Positions 47,951 through 59,166 of a stretch of DNA of 64,000 nucleotides are shown here, piece after piece (the first letter of the stretch is position 1; the number at the start of each line of letters is the position of its first letter). A program made the position numbers and the translations under genes. Under the pieces are notes generated by a model. That model saw only the letters and a list, made by a program, of their open reading frames with translations. It was not told the DNA's origin and searched no databases. This DNA comes from an uncultured Lachnospiraceae bacterium. Its GTDB lineage: Bacteria > Bacillota > Clostridia > Lachnospirales > Lachnospiraceae. Location of the stretch: contig CALWMI010000038.1 in NCBI GenBank assembly GCA_944381745.1, forward strand, positions 23,934-87,933, written 5' to 3'.

Positions 47951-48937
47951 ATGGCACTGATGGATCAGAAGCTTCGCACACTCTATCTGATGGATATTTT
48001 GCTGGAGCGCACGGATGAGGCGCACCTGCTGAACGCGACGCAGCTGTGCGGTATTTTGCAGAAGGAATATGGCATCTCCACGGACCGGCGCACAATTTAT
48101 GCCGAGGTGGAGGTGCTGGAGAAGTATGGGCTGGACGTGCAGCAGAAGAAGGGGAAGGCCCCGGGCTATTACATCGGCGCCCGGACGTTCGAGCTCCCGG
48201 AGCTGAAGCTGTTGGTGGACGCTGTGCAGTCGTCCAAATTCATCACAGAGAAGAAGTCGCGGGAGCTGATCAAGAAGCTGGAGACTCTGTGCTGCCGGTC
48301 AGACGCTGCGGCTCTGTCCCAGCAGGTGGTGATTATGAACCGGCCGAAGACGGAGAATGAGACGATCTATTACAATGTGGACGATATCCACACAGCGATC
48401 TATGCAAACCGGGAGATCACCTTCCAGTATGCGGAGTGGACAGTGCAGAAGAAGCTCCGCCTGAAGAAGGGCGGGGCGAGGTATGTGGTCAGCCCTTGGG
48501 CGCTCACCTGGGACGATGAGAATTATTATTTGGTGGCCTATGACAGCCAGGCGGGCAAGATCAAGCATTACCGGGTGGATAAGATGCAGCGCATGCAGGT
48601 GCTGGAGTCTGAGCGCAAGGGGGAGGAGGCCTTCCGGGGCTTCGACCTAGCGCAGTTTTCCAAGAAGACCTTCGGGATGTATGGAGGCCGCGACGAGGAG
48701 GTGACATTCCTCTGCGCGAAGGAATTGGCAGGGGTCATGCTTGACCGGTTTGGGACGGATATCTGGATGGCTCCGGCAGATGAGAACCATTTCCGGGCAA
48801 GGGTGCTTGTGGCGGTAAGCCCCCAGTTCTTTGGCTGGGTTACCGGGATTGGCAAGGGGCTTCAAATTGAGGGGCCGGACAGGGTCAGGCAGGAGTACCG
48901 GGCGTATGTGGAGGAGATTATGCGAGAGTATGAATAG
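47951..48937 (+). CDS. WYL-domain transcriptional regulator (wHTH-WYL-WCX)
   Basis: N-terminal HTH (DRRTIY), YVVSPWALTWDDENYYLVA and KHYRVDKM WYL motifs, PQFFGWV C-terminus. Confidence 0.88.
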   Translation: MALMDQKLRTLYLMDILLERTDEAHLLNATQLCGILQKEYGISTDRRTIYAEVEVLEKYGLDVQQKKGKAPGYYIGARTFELPELKLLVDAVQSSKFITEKKSRELIKKLETLCCRSDAAALSQQVVIMNRPKTENETIYYNVDDIHTAIYANREITFQYAEWTVQKKLRLKKGGARYVVSPWALTWDDENYYLVAYDSQAGKIKHYRVDKMQRMQVLESERKGEEAFRGFDLAQFSKKTFGMYGGRDEEVTFLCAKELAGVMLDRFGTDIWMAPADENHFRARVLVAVSPQFFGWVTGIGKGLQIEGPDRVRQEYRAYVEEIMREYE

Positions 48938-49002
48938 TGCCGGCGTGCAGGGAACTTTGCCCTTTGCCGGAGGGCAGGGGAGAGACAGAGGGTAGAGAGA
49001 GG

Positions 49003-49047
49003 ATAGCACCGGTGTACAAGCGTATTGTCCCTTAGCACACCGGCGCT
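49003..49047. repeat. ~45-bp palindrome related to the ends of the 44551 element
   Basis: agcaccggtgtacaag..cttagcacaccggcgct. Confidence 0.7.
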
Positions 49048-49099
49048 GCGCAGCCAGGGAAGAAGTAGATAGGAGAAAAAGAGATAGGAGAAGCAGTCT

Positions 49100-49969
49100 A
49101 TGATATACATTGCCAGATACAGAGGATACGAGAATAACCAGCACAAGCTGGAGATCACCAAGCACAGCGTCTCCCAGGAGGAGTACGCCGCCTTCATGCA
49201 GAATTTTGCCTTTTACGGGCGGTATCACCAGTTCAGGGAGATGTGGGAGATCTGCCAGGAGGCCAGCCGCGAGCTGACGGAGTTCCTGTCCCCAGGGAAT
49301 TTGAATGGGAAGCTGCGGGAGAAGGGCGTGGACAGGGAGAAGATCCTGACGGCGGCCAACCGGCTGCTCCTGAATTACTGTACCGCCATGAAAATCCTGG
49401 TGGAGAAGATCGAGTCCTACTTAAGCCAGGAGCGACCGGCGGAGCTGGGGAAATTCCGGGAGCTGTGCGCGGGCTTTTACGACAATCATTTCCCGTACCG
49501 GTTTTTCATGCGCCTGCGGAATTATGTGATACACAACGAGATGCCTTTCACGAAGGTGGTGAGCTCTCTGGAGCGGGACTGCGGCCTGTATATGGGCAGG
49601 AGGCATCTGCTAAAGTGGACGGGCTGGAATACTGTCCGGGAGGATCTGGAGAAGATGGAGGGGGAGGATCTGGCGGTGCAGCCGCTGCTGGCGGAGGCCA
49701 ACTCCCTGCTGTATGTGATCTATCTGCAGGGTCTGTACTATCTGGCTCCCGACGTCACCAGCTCCCTCAAGAATATCCAGGCCTTTGCACAGAAATACCA
49801 GATGGGGAGATTTGACTTTGTGGGGTTTGACACGGAGGAAGATTTTAAGAATGGAAAGTGCAGGCTCTACCCTGTCCCCTGGGGCAAGCTGAGCCAGTGC
49901 ATCCAGGAGCTGAACAAGCACCCGGGTATCCGTATCGGGAACAAGGCGGATGCAGGCAAGGAGAGCTAA
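49100..49969 (+). CDS. Hypothetical protein with an RxxxxH (LRNYVIH) HEPN-like motif
   Basis: 289-aa helical ORF after a GGAG RBS; NRLLLNY..YRFFMRLRNYVIH. Confidence 0.7.
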   Translation: MIYIARYRGYENNQHKLEITKHSVSQEEYAAFMQNFAFYGRYHQFREMWEICQEASRELTEFLSPGNLNGKLREKGVDREKILTAANRLLLNYCTAMKILVEKIESYLSQERPAELGKFRELCAGFYDNHFPYRFFMRLRNYVIHNEMPFTKVVSSLERDCGLYMGRRHLLKWTGWNTVREDLEKMEGEDLAVQPLLAEANSLLYVIYLQGLYYLAPDVTSSLKNIQAFAQKYQMGRFDFVGFDTEEDFKNGKCRLYPVPWGKLSQCIQELNKHPGIRIGNKADAGKES

Positions 49970-50004
49970 AGAGGGGAAAAAGTCAGGCGGGGAGATCGTA
50001 AGGC

Positions 50005-50746
50005 ATGGCACTGTACGCTTTGGGAGATCTGCATCTGAGTTTCCAGGCCAGAAAGCCCATGGACGGGTTTGGGAAGGTGTGGAGGCACCACGAGAGGAAA
50101 ATTGAGAAATATGTGAACCAGACAGTGAAGCCGGAGGACACGCTCGTGCTCACCGGCGACCATTCCTGGGGAAGGAAGCTGGAGGAGTGCCAGGAAGACC
50201 TGGACTTTATCGGGAGGCTGCCCGGCCGCAAGATTCTGCTGCGGGGCAATCACGACATGTTTTGGGATGCGAAAAAGACCGCGCGCCTCAACGAGGCATA
50301 TGAAGGGCGGCTGTTTTTCCTGCAGAATAATTTCGCCGCGTACCAGGACTACGCCCTGGTGGGCACCAAGGGCTACACCTTTGAAGGCCCCTTCTACCTG
50401 GATGGGCGGGGGCGGATCATCGGCTGGGACGAGGAGAGGGAGGAGCAGGCCAGGAAGCTGGTGGAGCGGGAGATGCTCCGCCTGCGGGAATCCTTCCGCA
50501 TGGCGCAGCAGGCGGGATTCCGGAAGTTCCTGATGTTCCTCCACTATCCGCCGACCAATATCCTGGAGACGGACTCGCCCTTCACCCAGATTGCGGAGGA
50601 GTACGGGGCGGAGGCTGTCGTCTACTCCCACTGCCATGGGGAGCGGCGGTTCGGGGACAGCATCCGGGGGGGATTACCACGGGATCCGCTACCTGCTGGT
50701 ATCCGGGGATTACCTGAACTTCCACCCGGCGCTGGTGCTGCCGTAA
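50005..50746 (+). CDS. Calcineurin-like metallophosphoesterase, apparently frameshifted at a G7 run (50666-50672)
   Basis: GDLHLS, TGDHSW, RGNHD, LHYPP and SHCHG motifs; removing one G gives the ending IRGDYHGIRYLLVSGDYLNFHPALVLP*. Confidence 0.85.
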
Positions 50747-50868
50747 AATATCCTAGGCTGGCCGTCAGAGGGGCAGGCCAGCCACCGGAAGATCGAGCCA
50801 GCCCCAGGCGCAGGCCAGCTGTCAGGCGCCAGCCCAGCCTTCCTAGCGTAAATCCAGCCCCCGGAAGA

Positions 50869-51747
50869 TCAGGCCTGCCGCCAGAGCAGCAGGTTGTCCT
50901 CGAAATCCGCCTGGATCCGCCCGGTGTCCTTTAGCCAGGAGAGATAGGAGCGGACAGTGCTGCCCACAAGCACATACTGCTCGAAGTTCATGGCCAGGCC
51001 GTATTCCGTGAACAGCTGCTGCAGGATATTCTCAAAGCAGCGGGGCGTGGCGCACAGCGCAACGATTTTTTCGGCGATTTTCCCCACCTTGTCTATGTTG
51101 TACTGCGCCAGTTCTGAAATATCTGCCGCTGCCGCCGCATGGGCAGGGACAAATAGGTCAGCGTCAAGGTTTTTTACCATCTCCAGGGTCTTCAGGTAGG
51201 CGGCCACATCGTAGATAAAGCCGATCTGATATTTGTCCAGAGTCTCCCGGCTTGACAGGCAGTCCGCCAGGTAGACGACGTTGTCCGGCGTCCGAAAGCC
51301 CACCATGTGGAAGAAATGGCCGGGCAGGGGGATGATTGCAAAGCCCTCCGGCAGGACGTCTGGGGTCAGGCATTCCGCGTCGCTCTCCTGGGCCATCAGG
51401 AATTTGTGCCGGAGATCCTTGCACGGATAGCCGCCGTACAGGAAGGACGGCTCCAAGATGGGATCCCGGGTGAAGGCGCGCTCAATCCCCGGCGCGTAGA
51501 TTTTGCATCCCGTCTGCCCCTGCAGGTACTTGTTGCCGCCGATATGGTCTGCGTTGGAATGGGTGTTGTAGATGGCAGTCAGGTGCCAGCCGTTGGCGTC
51601 CAGTATTTGGCGCACTTTGCGCCCGGCGTCCTTGTCGTTGCCGCTGTCAATCAGGCAGACGTTGGTATCGTCCAGCTTGACAAGCCCGATTTTGGCGGGG
51701 CTTTGGATATAATAGCTGCGGTCTGTAACCGGTATCAGTTCGTACAT
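50869..51747 (-). CDS. MBL-fold metallo-hydrolase
   Basis: THSNADHIGG (HxHxDH-like), LPGH and VPAH motifs. Confidence 0.9.
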   Translation of the reverse strand: MYELIPVTDRSYYIQSPAKIGLVKLDDTNVCLIDSGNDKDAGRKVRQILDANGWHLTAIYNTHSNADHIGGNKYLQGQTGCKIYAPGIERAFTRDPILEPSFLYGGYPCKDLRHKFLMAQESDAECLTPDVLPEGFAIIPLPGHFFHMVGFRTPDNVVYLADCLSSRETLDKYQIGFIYDVAAYLKTLEMVKNLDADLFVPAHAAAAADISELAQYNIDKVGKIAEKIVALCATPRCFENILQQLFTEYGLAMNFEQYVLVGSTVRSYLSWLKDTGRIQADFEDNLLLWRQA

Positions 51748-51909
51748 TTTTTAACCTCCGTTCCTGCTGTGGGCAGCTCAGGGAAGGGATGTGCCAGCTT
51801 GTGGGCCTAAGCCTCCCGCCTCCGCTGCAATCGTCCTCCCTCGCCGTCCTTCATCTGATTATCGATTATAGTGTATGCCCGTGAAAATTACAAGGAATCC
51901 TTGGCAGAG

Positions 51910-51998
51910 GCTTTGGAATCCTGCAAATTTGGCTTATAAAAGGGCTTTCCAGAGGGCACAAGGATGCCCATGCATGCTTTGGAATCCTGCAAATTTGG
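51910..51998 (+). repeat. 23-nt direct repeat (gctttggaatcctgcaaatttgg) spaced 66 nt, just upstream of the amt promoter
   Basis: Copies at 51910-51932 and 51976-51998. Confidence 0.85.
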
Positions 51999-52000
51999 GA

Positions 52001-52029
52001 TTGACAACGAAAAAATGCCGTAGTATAAT
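52001..52029 (+). promoter_or_regulatory. Consensus sigma-A promoter of the amt-PII gene
   Basis: TTGACA 52001-52006, 17-nt spacer, TATAAT 52024-52029. Confidence 0.88.
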
Positions 52030-52042
52030 CTACCACCATAGA

Positions 52043-52175
52043 GGCAAGGGCGTCTTTGAGTGATCTCACTCGAAGGCGCCCTTTCTCGATGATTTGGCGA
52101 AGGTCAGATCGAATGGAAAAGGCAAAGGCGTCTTTTGTGTACACACGAGAGGCGCCTTTGCCTTTCTTCCTTTCC
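52043..52175 (+). promoter_or_regulatory. ANTAR-type leader: two GGC-hexaloop-GUC motifs, each overlapping a terminator-like hairpin
   Basis: Loops AAGGGC (52046-52051) and AAAGGC (52124-52129) have A1/G4; long hairpins at 52046-52083 and 52119-52165. Confidence 0.6.
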
Positions 52176-52225
52176 GCGCGGAACCAATCGAAAACCGATA
52201 TTTTTTCAGAGGGAGTGATGGTGTT

Positions 52226-53983
52226 ATGGAAATGACTATGATCGTTGACACGCTATGGGTCTTGCTTGCGGCCGTCCTGGTGTTCTTTATGAACCTCGGT
52301 TTTGCGTCCCTTGAGGCAGGTATGGCAAGGTCGAAAAACACAGTAAACATTCTGTCCAAAAACTTTATTGTTTTTGCAGTGTCTTCCCTTGGCTTCATGC
52401 TGCTTGGCTGGGGGTTGATGTTCGGCGGGGACCATCCGCTGATCGGTACGGAGCATCTGTTCATCTTGGGGGAGAGCGATTTATCGTTCTACAGTGACAC
52501 GTTGACATCCAACGTGCCGTTCTGGGGGAAATTTTTCTTCCAGCTGGTCTTCTGCGGAACCGCTGCGACCATCGTATCCGGAGCGGTGGCAGAGAGAATC
52601 AAGTACATTACCTTTATTATTTTTTCGTTTGTACTCACCCTGGTCATCTATCCCATCGTGGGCCATTGGGTCTGGGGCGGCGGATGGCTTGCCGGTCTGG
52701 GCTTTATGGACTTCGCCGGCGATACGGTCGTCCATTCCCTGGGGGGCTGGGCGGCGCTGGCAGGCGCAGTGATCTTGGGCCCGCGTATCGGGAAGTATGA
52801 CAGGGACGGAAAACCGCGGGCTATTCCCGGACACAACATGTCCCTTGCCGTGATCGGCCTGTTTGTGCTGTGGCTTGGCTGGTTCGGGTTTAACCCGGGC
52901 TCTACCATGAGTTTCCAGAACCCTTCCGATGTCATGCACATTTTGATGACCACCAATACATCTGCAATCGCGGCTGTCCTGACCTCGACGGTCACCTCGT
53001 GGATTTTCATCGGGAAACCGGATTTGGGTATGACCATCAACGGCTGCCTCGCCGGATTGGTGGCGATCACCGGCGGATGCGCCTATATCTCCATCGTGGA
53101 TTCTCTGATTATCGGTGCGGCTGCGGGAGTCCTGGTGGTGTTTGCGGTGGTATTCTTTGACCGTATTAAAGTGGATGATCCGGTAGGCGCCACATCGGTA
53201 CATCTGTGCTGCGGCGTTTTCGGCACCATTTGCGTGGGCCTGTTTGCGAAGGAAGGCGTGACCACGCTTTCCTCCCAAAACGGCCTGTTCTACGGCGGCG
53301 GTACAAAGCTGCTTGGCGTCCAGCTGCTAGGCATTGCGGCGGTGGGAGCGTTCGTCTTTGCGGCGTCGTTTGTCCTCTGGTATCTTTTGAAGCAGACCGT
53401 GGGGATTCGCGTTGCCAGAGAAGAAGAAATTGCCGGGCTGGATATCGGGGAGCATGGCAACCGCGCCTATCCGGATTTCGTGCCGTCTGTCGAGAATATT
53501 GACTATGACGGCTCTGCCGGAGGAGTGGAGCCGGAAGCTGTGGGCGATGTGCCTGTCTCGGAAGCTGTGCCTGTCTCGGAAGCTGTGCCTGTAAAGGATA
53601 CCTCTTCTGCGGCGGAGCAAGCAGTTCCCAAGATTACCAAAGTGGAGATCATCTGTAAGGAAGCCAGGCTGGAGGCTCTCAAATCAGCCATGACCGCGAT
53701 TGGCATTACCGGCATGACTGTATCCCATGTCCTGGGCTACGGCGCACAGAAGGGCAAGCCGGAGTACTATCGCGGCGCTCCGGTAGAAGCGAATCTTCTG
53801 CCCAAGGTGCAGATAGATATCGTTGTCAGCAAGGTGCCTGTCCGCAGCGTGATCGATACGGCGAAGAAAGTCCTTTATACCGGCCATATCGGGGATGGCA
53901 AGATTTTTGTCTATGATGTGGAAAATGTGGTGAAAGTCCGCACGGGGGAAGAGGGCTATGACGCCCTGCAGGACATGGAATAA
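52226..53983 (+). CDS. amtB: Ammonium transporter fused to a C-terminal P-II (GlnK/GlnB) domain
   Basis: DFAGDTVVH, WFGFNPG, DDPVGATSVH (Amt); KVEII, YRGA..NLLPKVQIDIVV and GDGKIFV (P-II); 18-nt VPVSEA repeat in the linker at 53549-53593. Confidence 0.93.
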   Translation: MEMTMIVDTLWVLLAAVLVFFMNLGFASLEAGMARSKNTVNILSKNFIVFAVSSLGFMLLGWGLMFGGDHPLIGTEHLFILGESDLSFYSDTLTSNVPFWGKFFFQLVFCGTAATIVSGAVAERIKYITFIIFSFVLTLVIYPIVGHWVWGGGWLAGLGFMDFAGDTVVHSLGGWAALAGAVILGPRIGKYDRDGKPRAIPGHNMSLAVIGLFVLWLGWFGFNPGSTMSFQNPSDVMHILMTTNTSAIAAVLTSTVTSWIFIGKPDLGMTINGCLAGLVAITGGCAYISIVDSLIIGAAAGVLVVFAVVFFDRIKVDDPVGATSVHLCCGVFGTICVGLFAKEGVTTLSSQNGLFYGGGTKLLGVQLLGIAAVGAFVFAASFVLWYLLKQTVGIRVAREEEIAGLDIGEHGNRAYPDFVPSVENIDYDGSAGGVEPEAVGDVPVSEAVPVSEAVPVKDTSSAAEQAVPKITKVEIICKEARLEALKSAMTAIGITGMTVSHVLGYGAQKGKPEYYRGAPVEANLLPKVQIDIVVSKVPVRSVIDTAKKVLYTGHIGDGKIFVYDVENVVKVRTGEEGYDALQDME

Positions 53984-54032
53984 AGCGCCGCTGGTTCGCG
54001 GCAGGTACGAAGACAGAACGGAACCTATGCTG

Positions 54033-54075
54033 GCGCTGGTGTACCGGGGGCGTACTGCCCCTTGTACACCGGTGC
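54033..54075. repeat. ~45-bp palindrome related to the ends of the 44551 element
   Basis: gcgctggtgtac..gggggc gtact gcccc..gtacaccggtgc. Confidence 0.7.
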
Positions 54076-54139
54076 GAGGCGCAGCGCAGAGAAATCCAAA
54101 ATATCTCAAGAGCAGCTGTCTGGCGCACAAAAGTTTTAG

Positions 54140-55804
<1,665 letters not shown>

Positions 55805-56029
55805 CTAGAGAAGAGAAGGATTTTGTGGGAGCGCCTAGGGAGAAACCAGGAAATAGTGAATTTTTGGAGAAAAGGTTTTTCTCAGAAACCATTTTCTGCT
55901 ATGATAAAGGAAATTGGATTTCTGTGCAGGAATAACAGGAACGGAAGGAGCCAGCTGTGCTGTGAAAGCAGGCACAGAGAGGATGGCTCCGTTTGTGGTG
56001 CATGGCAGGGAGGATAGGAGTGGGAGACA

Positions 56030-58124
56030 ATGGGAAAGCGGATGAGAATCTGGAAGTGGCTCTGTGCGTTGGCGCTGGCACTGGTATTGCTGGGAGGATA
56101 GGGAAGCACCCTGGCGGCAGCTACTGCAGAACTGGGCGGCGCAGCGGCGGAGGAAGGCCAGCCGGAGGGGAATGGCTGCCGCACAGCAGATCGTATCGGA
56201 CAATGCATCCAAATCGGACTATGAGAAGCTGAAAGCCTACAAAGACACGATATGTAATCTGACGGCATATAATGATGAGGCGGCTGATAATATCAGCACC
56301 CCTTATGGCAATCCATGGAGCTGATCTGGGTATTTGATGGTGATTCCAGCACAAACGTTGTCTGCGAGGGCTATGCGAAAGCCTTTCAGTATCTGTGTGA
56401 TTTAACTACATTTACAAATGACATCAAATGCTATACCGTCACTGGACGGATCGCGGGCGGAACCGGCGAAAACATCGGGGGCGGCCATATGTGGGACATT
56501 GTTACAATGGAAGACGGCAAGAATTATCTGGTGGATGTGACCAACTGTGATACAGGAATGGTGGGCGCGGACGATCATCTGTTTCTGGCATGTCTGACGA
56601 AAGGTGATTTATCTGGTGCGTATACTTTTTGGAGCGATAGCAATGAGATTGTGATTTATACATATTACGAAGATACCGTTTCCATGTACGGGGAAGCGCT
56701 CCTGACCCTTTCACCGGCGGATTATGCGTATTTATCTGTGACGGTCACCGGAGCCCAATCTGCTGTCACATACGGCGAAGAAGTTACTTTGATAGCCAAT
56801 GTGCCGGAAGGGGCAGCCATATAGTACCAGTGGTATCAAGATGGGGAAGGGCTGTCCGGCGCGACAGGCGCTACCTATACGGTATCGGGCTTGGATGCCA
56901 GGCCGGATACGGCGTATTCCTTCACGGTAAAGATTATGGACGGCGGCGAAGAGTATACCAGCCAGCCCTTCCAGCTGACGGTGAACAAAGCGGAACATGC
57001 AGCTGTCACAGATCAGATTTCCGTGAAGCGGGGCAACAAGATGGAATATGACCTGGCGCCCTTCCTGCCGGAGGGTTACAAGCTGGGACCCCCGTCAGCA
57101 CCGATGAATCCGGACGGGATTCTGCCCAACGGCGTGACGCGTACCGGTACTGTGGTCACCGGTACGCTGGCAAATGACAGTAAAAATGTGGGAAACTACG
57201 CAATAATCCTAGTTTCCGTGGTAGAAACGAAAAACTACAAGCATTTTGATATTGAGCTTACCGTTTATATGACGGATAAGACGCCCCAGAATCTGGCCTT
57301 CCAGGCGGGTGCGCTGGATAAAACCTATGGGGATGGAGCCTTTGTCAATCCGCTGACAGGCGCGGCAGAAGGAAGCGCTGTGACTTATACCAGCAGCGAT
57401 CCGTCAGTGGCTGTGGTGGACAATGACGGCAGCCTGCAGGTGTCCGGTATTCTGGAGGGCGATCAAGCACAGGTTTCCTTTACCTGTCCGGCTGACCGGC
57501 TGACAGGCGTTTACGTTTCCACAGAGCCGGGCGGCACGAAGGTCGCCCTGTCCTGGGCAGGGGAGCCGGTTCTCCTTGAGGGAGAGAAGGCGTCTTACTA
57601 TACGCTGCCGGCGGATGACCCCCGGGATTGGGGAGGCCAATACGGCGGTGTATGACGTGAGGCTGTGGGTGAATGTCAATGGAACCGGCTGGGTACTGGC
57701 CACAGCCGATAATTTCCCGGCGGGAGGCATCACCGTGACCCTGCCTTATCCCAACGGAACCAGCCGGGATGTCCATGATTTCTTCGTGGCCCACATGGCC
57801 ACGATGGATATCAACGGCAGGAAGGCGGGAGAGATGGAGTACCCGGCGGTGACGGAGACAGACGCAGGCATCCAGTTCAAGGTATCTTCCCTGTCGCCAG
57901 TGGCGGTGGAATGGAAGGAGACAGCTCAGACCCCTGGCACAGGCGGGGACGGCGGAAGCGGCGGCTCAGGAGGCAGCCAGGAAGCTGCCCCGGGCGCACA
58001 GGTGCAGGCTGCGGCTACCGGCGACGAAAGCCCGGTGGGAACCTATACCGCCCTGCTGGCGGCGTCCGCAGGAGTCCTTGTGCTTCTGGCCCTTCCGGCT
58101 GTCAGGAGAAGGCGGAAGGCTTGA
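56030..58124 (+). pseudogene. Decayed cell-wall-anchored transglutaminase-like surface protein
   Basis: Signal peptide with TAG at 56099; VVCEGYAKAF / GHMW / DVT catalytic-triad region; second TAG at 56822; at least three frameshifts; TGD-hydrophobic-RRRRK sortase-like tail. Confidence 0.8.
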
Positions 58125-58315
58125 GGAAAGTTCAGATTGAAAAGCAGATAGTTAACAAATAGAGGCCGCCTGCCTGACAGGCGGCGGAAAGCGGGACAGA
58201 GGAACCGAAGGGAGAGCCGGAGGGGAACTGTCCCGCTTTGTGATCTGGGAGGATTTGGGGGGGTGGGGGAGATGCTATGAGAAAGTTGCGGCAGTACCGG
58301 CGGCGGATTTCAAAG

Positions 58316-58729
58316 TTATGAGATCTGCCGCAGAAGTTCTGTGGGAGTAAGCAGCGGAAGGTCAAATTCTTCAAAATCCTTTTTATTGCGGGTAATGATA
58401 TAATCGCAGCAGATGGATTTCGCACAGGTGGCGATAAGGCAGTCCTCAAAATCCCTTGCTCCCTTTTGGAATGCCATAAGGACGTCATTGTTGGTCACGC
58501 TGCACACTTTTACGATTTCCAGCAACTTTCCAATTGCTTGATAAGCAAGTTTGGTGCTGTGGGTGTATTTCCTGACTAGGTAATAAATATCGGTTATGGA
58601 GGAAGCGGACACAAAGCCGTCAATGAGATGTCTCTCGCAAAGGCTTAAGACTTTGTAGGAATCTTCCACGAAAGGTTCTCTTTCCAGCAGAACGTCAAGG
58701 ATGATGTTGGTGTCACACATGATCTTCAT
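58316..58729 (-). CDS. PIN-domain (VapC-like) toxin
   Basis: MKIMCDTNIILD, DFEDC and IITRNKKDF acidic PIN motifs; overlaps the antitoxin 3' end. Confidence 0.88.
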   Translation of the reverse strand: MKIMCDTNIILDVLLEREPFVEDSYKVLSLCERHLIDGFVSASSITDIYYLVRKYTHSTKLAYQAIGKLLEIVKVCSVTNNDVLMAFQKGARDFEDCLIATCAKSICCDYIITRNKKDFEEFDLPLLTPTELLRQIS

Positions 58730-58940
58730 ATTTGGATAGACGCTCCTCTCGTAAAGAATCCAGGTCAATGTCGGCGGGAACCTCCTTAAGCATCCCTCGT
58801 AGGGAGTCTACAGCAGAAACCTGCGGATTTATGACCTTTGCGATCGTTTTTCCGTTGCGGGTGATAAAAATATCTTCTTTGGAAATTAGATCCAGATATT
58901 TGCCAAAATTAGTTTTGAATTCGGTTGCAGTGACAATCAT
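58713..58940 (-). CDS. Phd/YefM-family antitoxin
   Basis: ATEFKTNFGKYL..EDIFITRNGK Phd N-terminal motif. Confidence 0.88.
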   Translation of the reverse strand: MIVTATEFKTNFGKYLDLISKEDIFITRNGKTIAKVINPQVSAVDSLRGMLKEVPADIDLDSLREERLSKYEDHV

Positions 58941-58971
58941 GGATAGCGCCTCCTTTCTCTATGTTTCTTTT

Positions 58972-59010
58972 ATTATATGCGATTTGAGCGGATAAATCAA
59001 TGAAATCGCA
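58972..59010 (-). promoter_or_regulatory. TA promoter with an inverted-repeat operator
   Basis: Minus strand TTGATT-17-TATAAT (59000 to 58972); TGCGATTT (58978-58985) / AAATCGCA (59003-59010) inverted repeat. Confidence 0.7.
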
Positions 59011-59066
59011 CGAAAAAGAAGGAATTATAAGGAAAGATCGTTCGATTTTCCGCATGCCGCTGATGG

Positions 59067-59095
59067 TTGCATATCTTTGTACACCAGCGTATAAT
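59067..59095 (+). promoter_or_regulatory. Candidate jet operon promoter
   Basis: TTGCAT 59067-59072, 17-nt spacer, TATAAT 59090-59095; a second TG-n-TATAAT occurs near 59136. Confidence 0.55.
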
Positions 59096-59166
59096 TTTGT
59101 ACACCGGCGCTATGGAAATATGGAAGCTGGTTTGCTATAATGGGAGCATGTGAGGAGAGTGCAGAA

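Noticed and set aside
50869-50934. Genuine 3' overlap between the metallophosphoesterase and MBL genes
   Set aside because: The overlap disappears once the G7 frameshift is corrected (stop at 50744-50746)
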